This document shows positions 28,398 to 37,482 of a stretch of 51,023 nt of DNA, in pieces. Source of the stretch: SAR116 cluster bacterium MED-G06 (GTDB lineage Bacteria; Pseudomonadota; Alphaproteobacteria; Puniceispirillales; Puniceispirillaceae); contig NTKV01000001.1 of the NCBI GenBank assembly GCA_002457745.1, forward strand, positions 1 to 51,023, written 5' to 3'. Position 1 is the first letter of the stretch. Each line of letters opens with the position of its first letter. Under the pieces are notes generated by a model. It was not told where the DNA came from. It did no database searches and worked only from the letters and a program-made list of their open reading frames with translations. The translations under genes and the position numbers were made by a program.

Positions 28398-29417
28398 ATG
28401 CAGGAATCACGGTTCGGACAGGAAGACGCGCGTGGCAACTGGTCACCGGACAAGCCGATCAGCTATGGCCCGGCCTTTGCCTGGCCACCGCAGCCAAAGG
28501 CGCTGTTCAAATGGGTTTTCGGCCTTCCCGGATTTCTGTTCCCGTGGAACGTACCCTACGCCATCGCCGCCATTGGCATCTGGCTCTACCTGACGCCATC
28601 ACTGGTGCATTTCGAGACATTTTCCCTGTACTGGTTCGGCGTGATTCTGGCGCGCAACCTGATTCTGGCGGTGCTTGTCTATGGCACCTGGCACTTGTGG
28701 CTCTATGTCTGGCGAAAGCAGGACACAACGTTCAAATACAACCGCCGTTGGCCGGATGAAACATCAGAGCGGTTTACATTCAACAACCAGACCTATGACA
28801 ATATGTTCTGGACGCTGGCAAGCGGCGTGCCGATCTGGACCTGTTACGAGGTGCTGCTTCTCTGGGCCTATGCCAACGGCTATGCGACGATGATCCACCC
28901 GACGGAAAACCCGATCGGCTTTTTCGCGCTGTTCTTCCTGGTGCCCTTCATCCATGAGGTTGGTTTCTACTTCGCACACCGCTTCCTTCACTGGCCACCG
29001 CTCTACCGGATCGCGCACCAGCTTCACCACCGGAACACCAATCCCGGGCCCTGGTCGGGGCTGTCGATGCATCCGGTCGAGCATGTGATCTATTTCGCCT
29101 CGATCCTGATCTTTTTCCTGGTGCCGGCGCATCCGATCCACATGATCAACCTGGCTTCGCGGCTCGGCGTTGCTCCGGCGCAAGGCCATACCGGGTTCGA
29201 CCGGGTGGTGACCGGCGAGGACGCCTCAATGGACACCTCCTATTACGCGCATTATCTGCATCACAAATATTTCGAGGTGAACTACGCCGATGGCATGGTA
29301 CCACTCGACAAATGGTTCGGCTCGTTTCATGACGGCACGCCGGAGGCCCATGAAGCGATGAAACACCGCCGGCGCAAGCGTGGCAGCTGGCCGGGGGCCA
29401 CCGGCAGCAGGACATAG
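28398..29417 (+). CDS. sterol desaturase / fatty-acid hydroxylase superfamily membrane di-iron protein
   Basis: His boxes HRFLH, HQLHH, HYLHH; NYADG..LDKWFGSFH; several hydrophobic segments. Confidence 0.88.
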   Translation: MQESRFGQEDARGNWSPDKPISYGPAFAWPPQPKALFKWVFGLPGFLFPWNVPYAIAAIGIWLYLTPSLVHFETFSLYWFGVILARNLILAVLVYGTWHLWLYVWRKQDTTFKYNRRWPDETSERFTFNNQTYDNMFWTLASGVPIWTCYEVLLLWAYANGYATMIHPTENPIGFFALFFLVPFIHEVGFYFAHRFLHWPPLYRIAHQLHHRNTNPGPWSGLSMHPVEHVIYFASILIFFLVPAHPIHMINLASRLGVAPAQGHTGFDRVVTGEDASMDTSYYAHYLHHKYFEVNYADGMVPLDKWFGSFHDGTPEAHEAMKHRRRKRGSWPGATGSRT

Positions 29418-29430
29418 GGGAGCCTTGAGG

Positions 29431-30423
29431 ATGGAACAACGGCAGGTTGGACGCACAGAACTGAGGATTGATACGCTTGGCCTTGGCGGCGCGCCACTTG
29501 GCGGCAATTTCGTCGAGCTGGGTTATCCTCAGGCTGCCGAACTGATCCAGGCGGCGAAGGATGCCGGCATCGGCTTTTTCGATACCGCGCCCTGGTACGG
29601 GTTCGGCAGATCGGAGCGGGTGATGGGAGACCTGCTGCGTCATACCGATTATGTGCTGTCGGACAAGGTGGGGCGACTGCTGCGGCCAGGTCCGGTGGCC
29701 GATCCGGCCACATTTGGCATGATCGAGCCGTTGCCCTTCCATGTTGTCTATGACTATGGCTATGACGCCATCATGCGGGCCTTCGAGGACAGTCTGCAAC
29801 GCCTTGGCCTCGACCGGATCGACATCCTCCTTGCGCATGATATCGGCACCTTCACCCATGGCGAGGAGAATGCCCGCCATTTCCGCGACCTGACGGAAGG
29901 CGGCTACCGGGCGATGGATGAACTTCGCCGCGCCGGCCTGGTCAAGGCCATCGGCATCGGGGTGAATGAAAACGAGGTCTGCATGGATGCCCTTGGCATA
30001 GGTGACTGGGATGTGTTCCTTCTCGCCGGGCGCTATACGCTTCTTGAACAGACACCTCTACACGACCTGTTTCCGGCCTGCCGTGCCGCCGGTACCAGCA
30101 TCATCTGCGGCGGCCCGTTCAATTCAGGCGTTCTGGTCGGTCGCGAGATGTGGAACTATGCCGCCGCGCCCGTCGAGGTGGTCGACAAGGTGCGCCGGAT
30201 CGGTGCCATTGCCGATGAGCACGGCGTGCCACTGCCAGCCGCCGCGCTGCAATTCCCGCTTGCCAATGACATCATCACCTCGGTGATCCCGGGACCGCGC
30301 GATGCTGGAGAGCTGCGTCAGATCATCGACTGGTTCAATACGCCGATCGCCGGCGAGTTCTGGGCGGCGCTTCAGGCTGCCGGCCTGCTTGAGGATGGTG
30401 CCCCTGTGCCTGCTGGCGGGTAA
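29431..30423 (+). CDS. aldo/keto reductase (D-threo-aldose/L-fucose dehydrogenase-like)
   Basis: FDTAPWYGFGRSE, LSDKVGR, DSLQRLGLDRIDILLAHD, LAGRYTLLEQ. Confidence 0.9.
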   Translation: MEQRQVGRTELRIDTLGLGGAPLGGNFVELGYPQAAELIQAAKDAGIGFFDTAPWYGFGRSERVMGDLLRHTDYVLSDKVGRLLRPGPVADPATFGMIEPLPFHVVYDYGYDAIMRAFEDSLQRLGLDRIDILLAHDIGTFTHGEENARHFRDLTEGGYRAMDELRRAGLVKAIGIGVNENEVCMDALGIGDWDVFLLAGRYTLLEQTPLHDLFPACRAAGTSIICGGPFNSGVLVGREMWNYAAAPVEVVDKVRRIGAIADEHGVPLPAAALQFPLANDIITSVIPGPRDAGELRQIIDWFNTPIAGEFWAALQAAGLLEDGAPVPAGG

Positions 30424-30435
30424 CGGACCCTCAGC

Positions 30436-31140
30436 TCACACCCCGAGATACCGTGATGTCAGCGCCGGGTCAGCGCGAAGGGCCGCGCTGTCGCCCTGCC
30501 AGACAACCGCGCCCTTTTCCAGAATGACGTGATGGTCGGCAAGCCGTGCCAGCGCCGCGATGTTCTTGTCGACAACAAGAATCGACTGGCCAGCCGCCTT
30601 CAGGGTTGCCAGAACCTGCCAGATCTGTTGACGGATGATCGGGGCCAGACCTTCGGTCGCCTCGTCAAGGATCAGCAGGCGCGGGTTGGTCATCAGGGCC
30701 CTGCCGATGGCCAGCATCTGCTGTTCCCCGCCTGACAGGTGGCTTCCGGCATGGCCAAGCCGCTCGCCGAGCCGCGGAAACAGGTCCAGCACCGCCGCCA
30801 GCGTCCAGCGGGTCGCGCCATCCACGCCGGGCCGGTGAAAGGTTGTCAGATTCTCGGCAACGCTGAGATTGGTGAAGATCTGTCGTCCTTCGGGGACCAG
30901 ACCGATGCCGGCGCGGGCAAATTCGAACGGGTCACGGTCGGCCGCGGCATTGCCAAAGCGGGTGATTGACCCGCCACTCAGGGGCAGTTGCCCCATGATG
31001 GCGCGGATGGTGGTCGTCTTGCCCATGCCGTTGCGTCCCATCAGCGACACACAGGCCCCGGCCTCGATGGTGAAGCTGACACCGAAGAGCACCTGCGCCG
31101 GTCCGTAGCCGGCCTCGACCCGGTCAAGCCTCAACATCAT
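30436..31140 (-). CDS. Liv-type ABC ATP-binding protein (LivF-like)
   Basis: GRNGMGKTT, VPEGRQIF, LSGGEQQM. Confidence 0.93.
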   Translation of the reverse strand: MMLRLDRVEAGYGPAQVLFGVSFTIEAGACVSLMGRNGMGKTTTIRAIMGQLPLSGGSITRFGNAAADRDPFEFARAGIGLVPEGRQIFTNLSVAENLTTFHRPGVDGATRWTLAAVLDLFPRLGERLGHAGSHLSGGEQQMLAIGRALMTNPRLLILDEATEGLAPIIRQQIWQVLATLKAAGQSILVVDKNIAALARLADHHVILEKGAVVWQGDSAALRADPALTSRYLGV

Positions 31141-31885
31141 CATCGCCTCCGAGATAGGCGGCCCGCACCGCGGCATCCCCGGAAATCGCATCCGGCGTAC
31201 CGCTGGCGATCACCGCACCCTCGACCAGCACCGTCACCCTGTCGGCAAGCCGGAACACCGCGTCCATGTCATGCTCGATCAGCAGAATGGCAACCTCGCC
31301 GCGAAGCCGTTCGATGATCTCGATCATATGCCGTGTTTCCTCTGGCCCGGCCCCGGCCATCGGTTCGTCCAGAAGAAGCAGCGCCGGATCACCTGCCAGC
31401 GCCAGCGCGAACTCCAGAAGCCGCCTTTCACCATGCGCCAGATCGGCAACGCGGGTTTTGCCGCGCGCTTCGATTCCGACGCGCGCCAGAATGGCCATCG
31501 CCCCGTCACGCAACCCGCGGTCGGTGAAGGCCGGCCGCAGAAAACGGAACGCCTCGCCACGCCGCGCCGCCTCGGCAACCATGGCGTTCTCCAGAACGGT
31601 AAACTCCATCAGCACATTGCTGATCTGGAACGACCGGCCGATGCCGTTCCGCACCCGCTGCGGCACCGACAGATGATTCACGGTCGCACCATGAAGCCTG
31701 ACAGTTCCGGAATCAGGGGCTTCGGAGCCATAGATCTGGCGGACAAGTGTCGTCTTGCCAGCCCCGTTCGGGCCAATCAGCGCGTGGATTTCGCCAGCCA
31801 CAACATCAAGCGACACATCGCGTGTCGCCTGCAGCGCACCGTAGGATTTGTTGAGTCCCTCAAGGCTGAGCACCGGCGCGATCAT
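31124..31885 (-). CDS. Liv-type ABC ATP-binding protein (LivG-like)
   Basis: GPNGAGKTT, LLLDEPMAG, IEHDMD, VRAAYLG. Confidence 0.93.
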   Translation of the reverse strand: MIAPVLSLEGLNKSYGALQATRDVSLDVVAGEIHALIGPNGAGKTTLVRQIYGSEAPDSGTVRLHGATVNHLSVPQRVRNGIGRSFQISNVLMEFTVLENAMVAEAARRGEAFRFLRPAFTDRGLRDGAMAILARVGIEARGKTRVADLAHGERRLLEFALALAGDPALLLLDEPMAGAGPEETRHMIEIIERLRGEVAILLIEHDMDAVFRLADRVTVLVEGAVIASGTPDAISGDAAVRAAYLGGDDDVEA

Positions 31886-32877
31886 CACCCGCCTCCTGCG
31901 ATGCGCCGGATCAGGCCACCCAACCCGCCGCGCGCGAACAGCACCACAGCGATCAGCACCGGCCCGAAAATGATCATCCAGTTCTCGGCATAGGCCGGCG
32001 CGACGAGAAGCATCAGCTCTGGAAGCCATTCCTCGAGAAGGAGGAAGGCCACCGCACCCAGAAGCGGGCCTGCCAGCGTGCCGATTCCACCAAGAATGAT
32101 GATGATCATCAGCTCTCCGGAGCGCGTCCAGTGCATGATGTCGGGCGACACATATTCCTGCCAGCTGGCGAACATCGTTCCGGCCAGCCCACAGATCATC
32201 GCCGAGATCACATAGCCGGTGATCTTGAAGCGCAAGGGCACCAGGCCCATTGCCTCGACCCGGCTTTCATTGCTGCGGATCGCCTCGAGGACGACCCCGA
32301 ACCGCGAGCGCACAATCACCATCAGGAACAGGCTTGTAAGCAGCAGCGCCACCCAGATCAGGTAATAGAGCCGCAACGGCTCCCACAGATCGATCGGCAT
32401 GAAGTCGGCGCGGTCGATGCTCATCCCGTCGTCACCGCCGAACTGCTCGAGGCTGACGAACAGGAAATACAGCATCTGCGCAAAGGCCAGCGTGATCATG
32501 ATGAAATAGATGCCGGTGGTCCTGAGCGACAGGAACCCGATCACCAGCCCCAGCACCCCGCAGGCAAACAGGCTGATCAGAACGTGGATCCAGCCATTGT
32601 CGAGGCCGTAGAACTGGCTGATCCCGACAGCATAGGCACCGATGCCGACAAAGGCGGCATGCCCGAAGGACACCATCCCGCCATAGCCAAGCACAAGATT
32701 CAGACCCATGGCCGCCATGCCTAGGATCATGATCCGCATCGCCAGATCATTCCAGAACGGCAGGTCGGCGATGCCGGTATAGATCGGGAACAGCGCGAAT
32801 CCGGCAAGGATCACCGCCAGAAGCCGGTTGCGCGCCAGCCCTTCACCGAGGATGCGAAGCAGCTCCATCGCGCTCAT
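31885..32877 (-). CDS. Liv-type ABC permease (LivM-like)
   Basis: GYGGMVSFGHAAFVGIGAY, YFIMITLAFAQM. Confidence 0.93.
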   Translation of the reverse strand: MSAMELLRILGEGLARNRLLAVILAGFALFPIYTGIADLPFWNDLAMRIMILGMAAMGLNLVLGYGGMVSFGHAAFVGIGAYAVGISQFYGLDNGWIHVLISLFACGVLGLVIGFLSLRTTGIYFIMITLAFAQMLYFLFVSLEQFGGDDGMSIDRADFMPIDLWEPLRLYYLIWVALLLTSLFLMVIVRSRFGVVLEAIRSNESRVEAMGLVPLRFKITGYVISAMICGLAGTMFASWQEYVSPDIMHWTRSGELMIIIILGGIGTLAGPLLGAVAFLLLEEWLPELMLLVAPAYAENWMIIFGPVLIAVVLFARGGLGGLIRRIAGGG

Positions 32878-33794
32878 CCCTTCGGCGGGAACAGCCCGCT
32901 TGGCCGCACCACCAGAACCAGCGACATCAGGATATAGACCATCATCGAGGCCAGCGCCGGACCGGCACCGTCTGCCGCGGCCTGGCCCATGAAGCCACGC
33001 AGGATGACCGGCAGCAGCACCCGTCCCAGCGTATCGACCACCCCGATCAGGATGGCGGCGACAAAGGCCCCGCGCACCGACCCGATGCCGCCGATGATGA
33101 TCACCACCAGCGACAGGATCAGCAACGGTTCCCCCATGCCGGGCTCGACGGCTGTCAGCGGGCCAAGCATCATGCCGGCGATGCCGGCAAAACAGGCACC
33201 GGCAGCAAAGACCAGCCGGCGAAGCATCCGGATATTGACCCCGAGCGCGGCGGTCATCGTCTCGTTATTGGCCCCGGCCCGCACCATCGCGCCAATCTTT
33301 GTCCGCGCCACAAGAAGGTGAATGCCAAGCGCGCAGGCAAGCCCGACCGCGATCACCAGAAGCCGGAACACCGGATAGGGTGTCTCGGGAAGGATGTTGA
33401 CGAAACCTGACAGCGACGGCGGCAGGCTTGAAAACAGCGCCGCCGGGCCGAAACCGATCCGGATCAGTTCGTTGAAGAACAGGATCAGACCAAAGGTTGC
33501 CAGCACCTGGTCCATGTGGTTGCGCCGGTAGAGATGCCGGATCAGCAGATATTCAAGAAGATAGCCGCTGGCGAATGTCACCGGAATGGCCAGCAGGATG
33601 CCAAGATAGAAATTGCCGGTCAGCGCTGTAAGGCTGGCGGCGGCATAGGCACCAATCATCACCTGTGCGCCATGCGCCAGGAAGACGAAATCCATGATCC
33701 CCAGGATCAGCGTCAGCCCGGCGGCGATCAGGAACAGCGTCACGCCGAGCTGGAGCCCGTTGAAAATCTGCTCGAGCAGGAGGATGAAGGTCAT
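32874..33794 (-). CDS. Liv-type ABC permease (LivH-like)
   Basis: LIAAGLTLILG, FLAHG, IIGGIGSVRGA. Confidence 0.93.
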   Translation of the reverse strand: MTFILLLEQIFNGLQLGVTLFLIAAGLTLILGIMDFVFLAHGAQVMIGAYAAASLTALTGNFYLGILLAIPVTFASGYLLEYLLIRHLYRRNHMDQVLATFGLILFFNELIRIGFGPAALFSSLPPSLSGFVNILPETPYPVFRLLVIAVGLACALGIHLLVARTKIGAMVRAGANNETMTAALGVNIRMLRRLVFAAGACFAGIAGMMLGPLTAVEPGMGEPLLILSLVVIIIGGIGSVRGAFVAAILIGVVDTLGRVLLPVILRGFMGQAAADGAGPALASMMVYILMSLVLVVRPSGLFPPKG

Positions 33795-33822
33795 CGCAGA
33801 ATCCCGGCCGTGCCAGTGGGGC

Positions 33823-33848
33823 GGGCTACCGGCTCACTCCGGCAGCCC
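33823..33848 (-). terminator. stem-loop downstream of SBP gene
   Basis: minus strand GGGCUGCCGG-agugag-CCGGUAGCCC, 10-bp stem with one GU pair. Confidence 0.55.
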
Positions 33849-33858
33849 TGCCTCTCGA

Positions 33859-35013
33859 TCAGAATTGACAGTCCTTGGCATAGGCGTCGGCATGGTTCTC
33901 GAAAACCGTGCCGGTGATCCTTGTCGTCGCCATGCTGTCCGCATCCAGAACCGCCTCACGAAGATAGACATTCTGGATCGGGAACTGGTTGCTGTTCATT
34001 GCCAGCGGACCGCGGGTGGTCGGAATGCCCCCCTCGGCAAGCACCGCGCGCATCGCCTCGGTATCGCTGCTGCCGGCCTTGGCAATCGCATGGTCGATGG
34101 CCATCATCGTGTCATAGGCCTGGGCGGCATAGAAGGAAGGGTAGCCGCCGAACTTCGCCTTGTAGTCGGCCACAAAACGCCTGTTGATCTCGTTGTCGAG
34201 ATCAGGCGACCAGGTCTGTGTCGAGACCACACCAAGCGCGGTTTCCTTGAGCGCCGGAAGCGACAGATTGTCGACGGTGAAGACCGTGTAGAGCTTGCTG
34301 ACCTGCTCCATGCCGGCCTGATGCCATTGCTTGACGAAATTGATCCCCATGCCGCCGGGCTGGAAGACGAAGGTCGCCTCTGGCCTCGACGCACGCAATG
34401 TCGATAGTTCGGCCTGGAAATCCGACTGGCCCAGCTTGGTATAGACCTCGGCGACAACCTCGCCCTTATAGTGGCGCTTGAAGCCGGACATCATGTCCTT
34501 GCCGGCCTGATAGTTCGGGGCCACCAGATAGACCGACTTCACGCCGGCATCCTGCATATACTTGCCCATCCCCTCGGGTGTCTGGTCGTTCTGCCAGGAC
34601 ATCGAGACAAAATTCTTGTGGCAGTCCTTGCCGGCAAGCGGCGACGGACCGGCGTTGGAGCCGATCAGCAAGGTGCCGGACCGGGTCACCGGCTTGTGGA
34701 TCGCCATCAGCAGGTTCGACCAGATCACCCCGGCGATCACATCGACGCGGTCGCTCTTCACCAGACGGTTGGCAAGCTGTTTGGCAACATCCGGCTTGCG
34801 CTGGTCATCGGCGAAGATCACCTCGGCATCCATGCCGCCAAGCGTGCCCCCGGTATGCTCCATGGCCAGATTCACAGCGTTCTGCATCTGCTTGCCGATG
34901 ATACCGCCGGAACCCGACAGGGTGGTCATATAGCCGACCTTGACCGTGTCAGCCTGGACTGCACCCGCCATCATCATCGCCGTCGCAGCGGCGGCCATCG
35001 AAAATGTTTTCAT
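33859..35013 (-). CDS. Liv-family substrate-binding protein (aromatic acid/benzoate-binding-like)
   Basis: signal peptide, DDQRKPD, GVIWSN, SNAGPSPLAG, SWQNDQ, PNYQAGKD, FYAAQAYD. Confidence 0.9.
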   Translation of the reverse strand: MKTFSMAAAATAMMMAGAVQADTVKVGYMTTLSGSGGIIGKQMQNAVNLAMEHTGGTLGGMDAEVIFADDQRKPDVAKQLANRLVKSDRVDVIAGVIWSNLLMAIHKPVTRSGTLLIGSNAGPSPLAGKDCHKNFVSMSWQNDQTPEGMGKYMQDAGVKSVYLVAPNYQAGKDMMSGFKRHYKGEVVAEVYTKLGQSDFQAELSTLRASRPEATFVFQPGGMGINFVKQWHQAGMEQVSKLYTVFTVDNLSLPALKETALGVVSTQTWSPDLDNEINRRFVADYKAKFGGYPSFYAAQAYDTMMAIDHAIAKAGSSDTEAMRAVLAEGGIPTTRGPLAMNSNQFPIQNVYLREAVLDADSMATTRITGTVFENHADAYAKDCQF

Positions 35014-35135
35014 CTCTGTCTCCTGTTCGTCGCCGCGCCATGGGCCCTGGCCCAGATAGTCGCGCGCAGATAAGTAGCGTTACCCTGTGCATTTGGCTAG
35101 CATTCCCAGCAGCACAAGGGAAGGAGTCAAATCAC

Positions 35136-35885
35136 GTGGAGATCTCGCAATGCAGGGTTCTTGTCACTGGCGGTGGCAGCGGGCTTGGCGCGGTGCTGGC
35201 GCGTGACTTTGCGGCAGCTGGTGCGCGCGTCCATATCTGTGGCCGTCGGGAAGCACCGCTTGCCGCGATCAGTGCAGACCATGATCGTATCTCATCCCAT
35301 ATCCTTGATGTGACCGACGAGGCCGCGACCGCGGCCCTGTTCGCCGCCATTGGCCCGCAGCAGATTGTGATTGCCAATGCCGGCATCGCCGAAAGCGCAC
35401 CGCTCCATAAAACCGACAGCGACATGTGGCACCGGATCATCGCGGTCAATCTGACCGGCTGTTTCCTGACGCTTCGCGAAGGTCTTCGCGCGCTTCGAGA
35501 GGACCGGGCGGACTGGGGGCGACTGATCGCCATCTCCTCGATCATGGGGCTCGACGGCTACCGCTATGCCAGCGCCTACAGCGCATCAAAACATGGCGTC
35601 AACGGGATGGTCAGCGCCACTGCCGCGGAACTTGATGGCAGCGGCATAACCGCCAATGCGCTCTGCCCGGGCTATCTGGAAGGGGAGATGACCGACAGAT
35701 CAGTCACGCGAATCACCGGCAAGACCGGCAAGTCGCGACAAGAGGCCGAAGCCATCCTCGCCGCGACAAGCCCGGCCGGCCGGCTGATCCGCCCGGAAGA
35801 GGTCAGCGCCGAAGCCCTTCGCCTTTGTGGCCCCGGCTCGGGCAGCATCAACGGCCAGGCGATCAGCATCAATGGAGAGGCGTGA
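35136..35885 (+). CDS. SDR oxidoreductase
   Basis: GTG start after AAGGAG; TGGGSGLG, ANAG, YSASKHG. Confidence 0.9.
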   Translation: MEISQCRVLVTGGGSGLGAVLARDFAAAGARVHICGRREAPLAAISADHDRISSHILDVTDEAATAALFAAIGPQQIVIANAGIAESAPLHKTDSDMWHRIIAVNLTGCFLTLREGLRALREDRADWGRLIAISSIMGLDGYRYASAYSASKHGVNGMVSATAAELDGSGITANALCPGYLEGEMTDRSVTRITGKTGKSRQEAEAILAATSPAGRLIRPEEVSAEALRLCGPGSGSINGQAISINGEA

Positions 35886-35888
35886 GCC

Positions 35889-37349
35889 ATGACACGACGC
35901 CCGAACATTGTTCTGATCATGGCCGACAACCAGCCTGCCGACATGCTGGGATGCTACGGCAATGATGATGTGCATACCCCGCAGCTGGATGCGCTGGCCA
36001 CCGGCGGGACACGCTTTGACAGCGCCTTTTGCGTCAATGCCATGTGCTCACCCTGCCGGGCGTCTGTTCTGACCGGGCTGATGCCATCGGCGCATGGCGT
36101 CCATACCTGGCTTGATGACGGACGTGCCGACAGCTGGCCACAGGACTGGAATGCCATCGGTGAATTCCCGACCCTCCCCGGACAGCTGAGGAATGCCGGA
36201 TATGACACCGCTCTGATCGGCAAATATCATCTTGGCCAGCCCTGGCAGGCACCGGCGGACTATGACCATTGGGTGACCTTCCCCCATGGCCACACGGTCA
36301 GTTTCCACGGCAACCTGATGATCGAGAATGACCACACAGAGGTGTTCGAGGGGCATTCGGTCGATTTTTTTGCCGACCGCACCGTCGATTACATCAGCCG
36401 CCGACAGGATCAGGACGCGCCCTTTTTCTGTTTCGTTCCTTTCAACGGGCCTTACGGTCACTGGCCGGCCATTCGCGGACGGGCCGGCACGCAGTTTGAC
36501 CATCTGTATGACGAGACCAGATTCGCCTCGATCCCGCGCGAGGGGCTGAACCGGCGCGTCATTGACCGCTATACACGGCGCGTTGTCGAAGCCGGTGCCG
36601 CGCCGCATGAGCGATTTGCCGGCCCCCTTCTGCTGCCGAACGAGACCGAAAGTCTGCGCAACTACTTCGCGCAGACGACACTGATTGATGATGCGGTCGG
36701 CCGGATCATGGCACAGCTTGTGACAAGCGGCCTGGCCGAGGACACGATTGTCATCTACACCGCCGACCATGGGTTTTCACTTGGCCATCACGGCATCTGG
36801 GGGCATGGGCTGGCAGCCTGGCCATCCTCCATGCTGCGGCCAAGCTATCAGGTGCCACTGATCATCCGCGGCCCCGGTGTCGCCGCCGGCACAAACCGGG
36901 GGCTTGTCAGCCAGCTCGACATTCCCAACACGCTTCTCAGCGCCGCCGGCGTTGCGCCCGTCGACACACCACGCCAGGACAGCCGTGCCATCGATCTGTC
37001 AGACCCGGGCCAGCCACACCGTGATTTCCTGTGCCTCGAGCAGGAGGAAACACGGGCCATCCGCACGGCGGAGAATCTCTATGTCGAGCGGTTCACCTCT
37101 GCATCCGTCGAGCCACTTGCCAGCGAGTTCTATGACCTGTCTTCCGACCCGCAGGAACGGGTCAATCTTGGCGGCACGGATCAGCCCTCGCCCACCGAGT
37201 CCGGGCTTGCGGCAAGAATGCGGGATTATTTTGCAGACCACGCTGACCCGGCGCATGACCTGTGGGCTGGCGGTCGCGCCAAATCCAACGTCACAGATCC
37301 GGCATTCTGGCAGGCCGCCTGGGGGCAAAACTGGCGCTGCACGAATTGA
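35889..37349 (+). CDS. formylglycine-dependent sulfatase (cytoplasmic)
   Basis: RPNIVLIMAD, CSPCRASVLTG, GKYHLG, YTADHG; no signal peptide. Confidence 0.93.
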   Translation: MTRRPNIVLIMADNQPADMLGCYGNDDVHTPQLDALATGGTRFDSAFCVNAMCSPCRASVLTGLMPSAHGVHTWLDDGRADSWPQDWNAIGEFPTLPGQLRNAGYDTALIGKYHLGQPWQAPADYDHWVTFPHGHTVSFHGNLMIENDHTEVFEGHSVDFFADRTVDYISRRQDQDAPFFCFVPFNGPYGHWPAIRGRAGTQFDHLYDETRFASIPREGLNRRVIDRYTRRVVEAGAAPHERFAGPLLLPNETESLRNYFAQTTLIDDAVGRIMAQLVTSGLAEDTIVIYTADHGFSLGHHGIWGHGLAAWPSSMLRPSYQVPLIIRGPGVAAGTNRGLVSQLDIPNTLLSAAGVAPVDTPRQDSRAIDLSDPGQPHRDFLCLEQEETRAIRTAENLYVERFTSASVEPLASEFYDLSSDPQERVNLGGTDQPSPTESGLAARMRDYFADHADPAHDLWAGGRAKSNVTDPAFWQAAWGQNWRCTN

Positions 37350-37482
37350 TGTTGAACGGTCAACCGGCGCTTGCTTTGGTGTCCATTATGGGTAACGGTG
37401 ATAGCCAACAACAAATAAACTTGTGACGTGCGCTCGATCAATGCCACTGGCGCTTTGTTCGGTTTCAAAGGAGGAAACAAAG

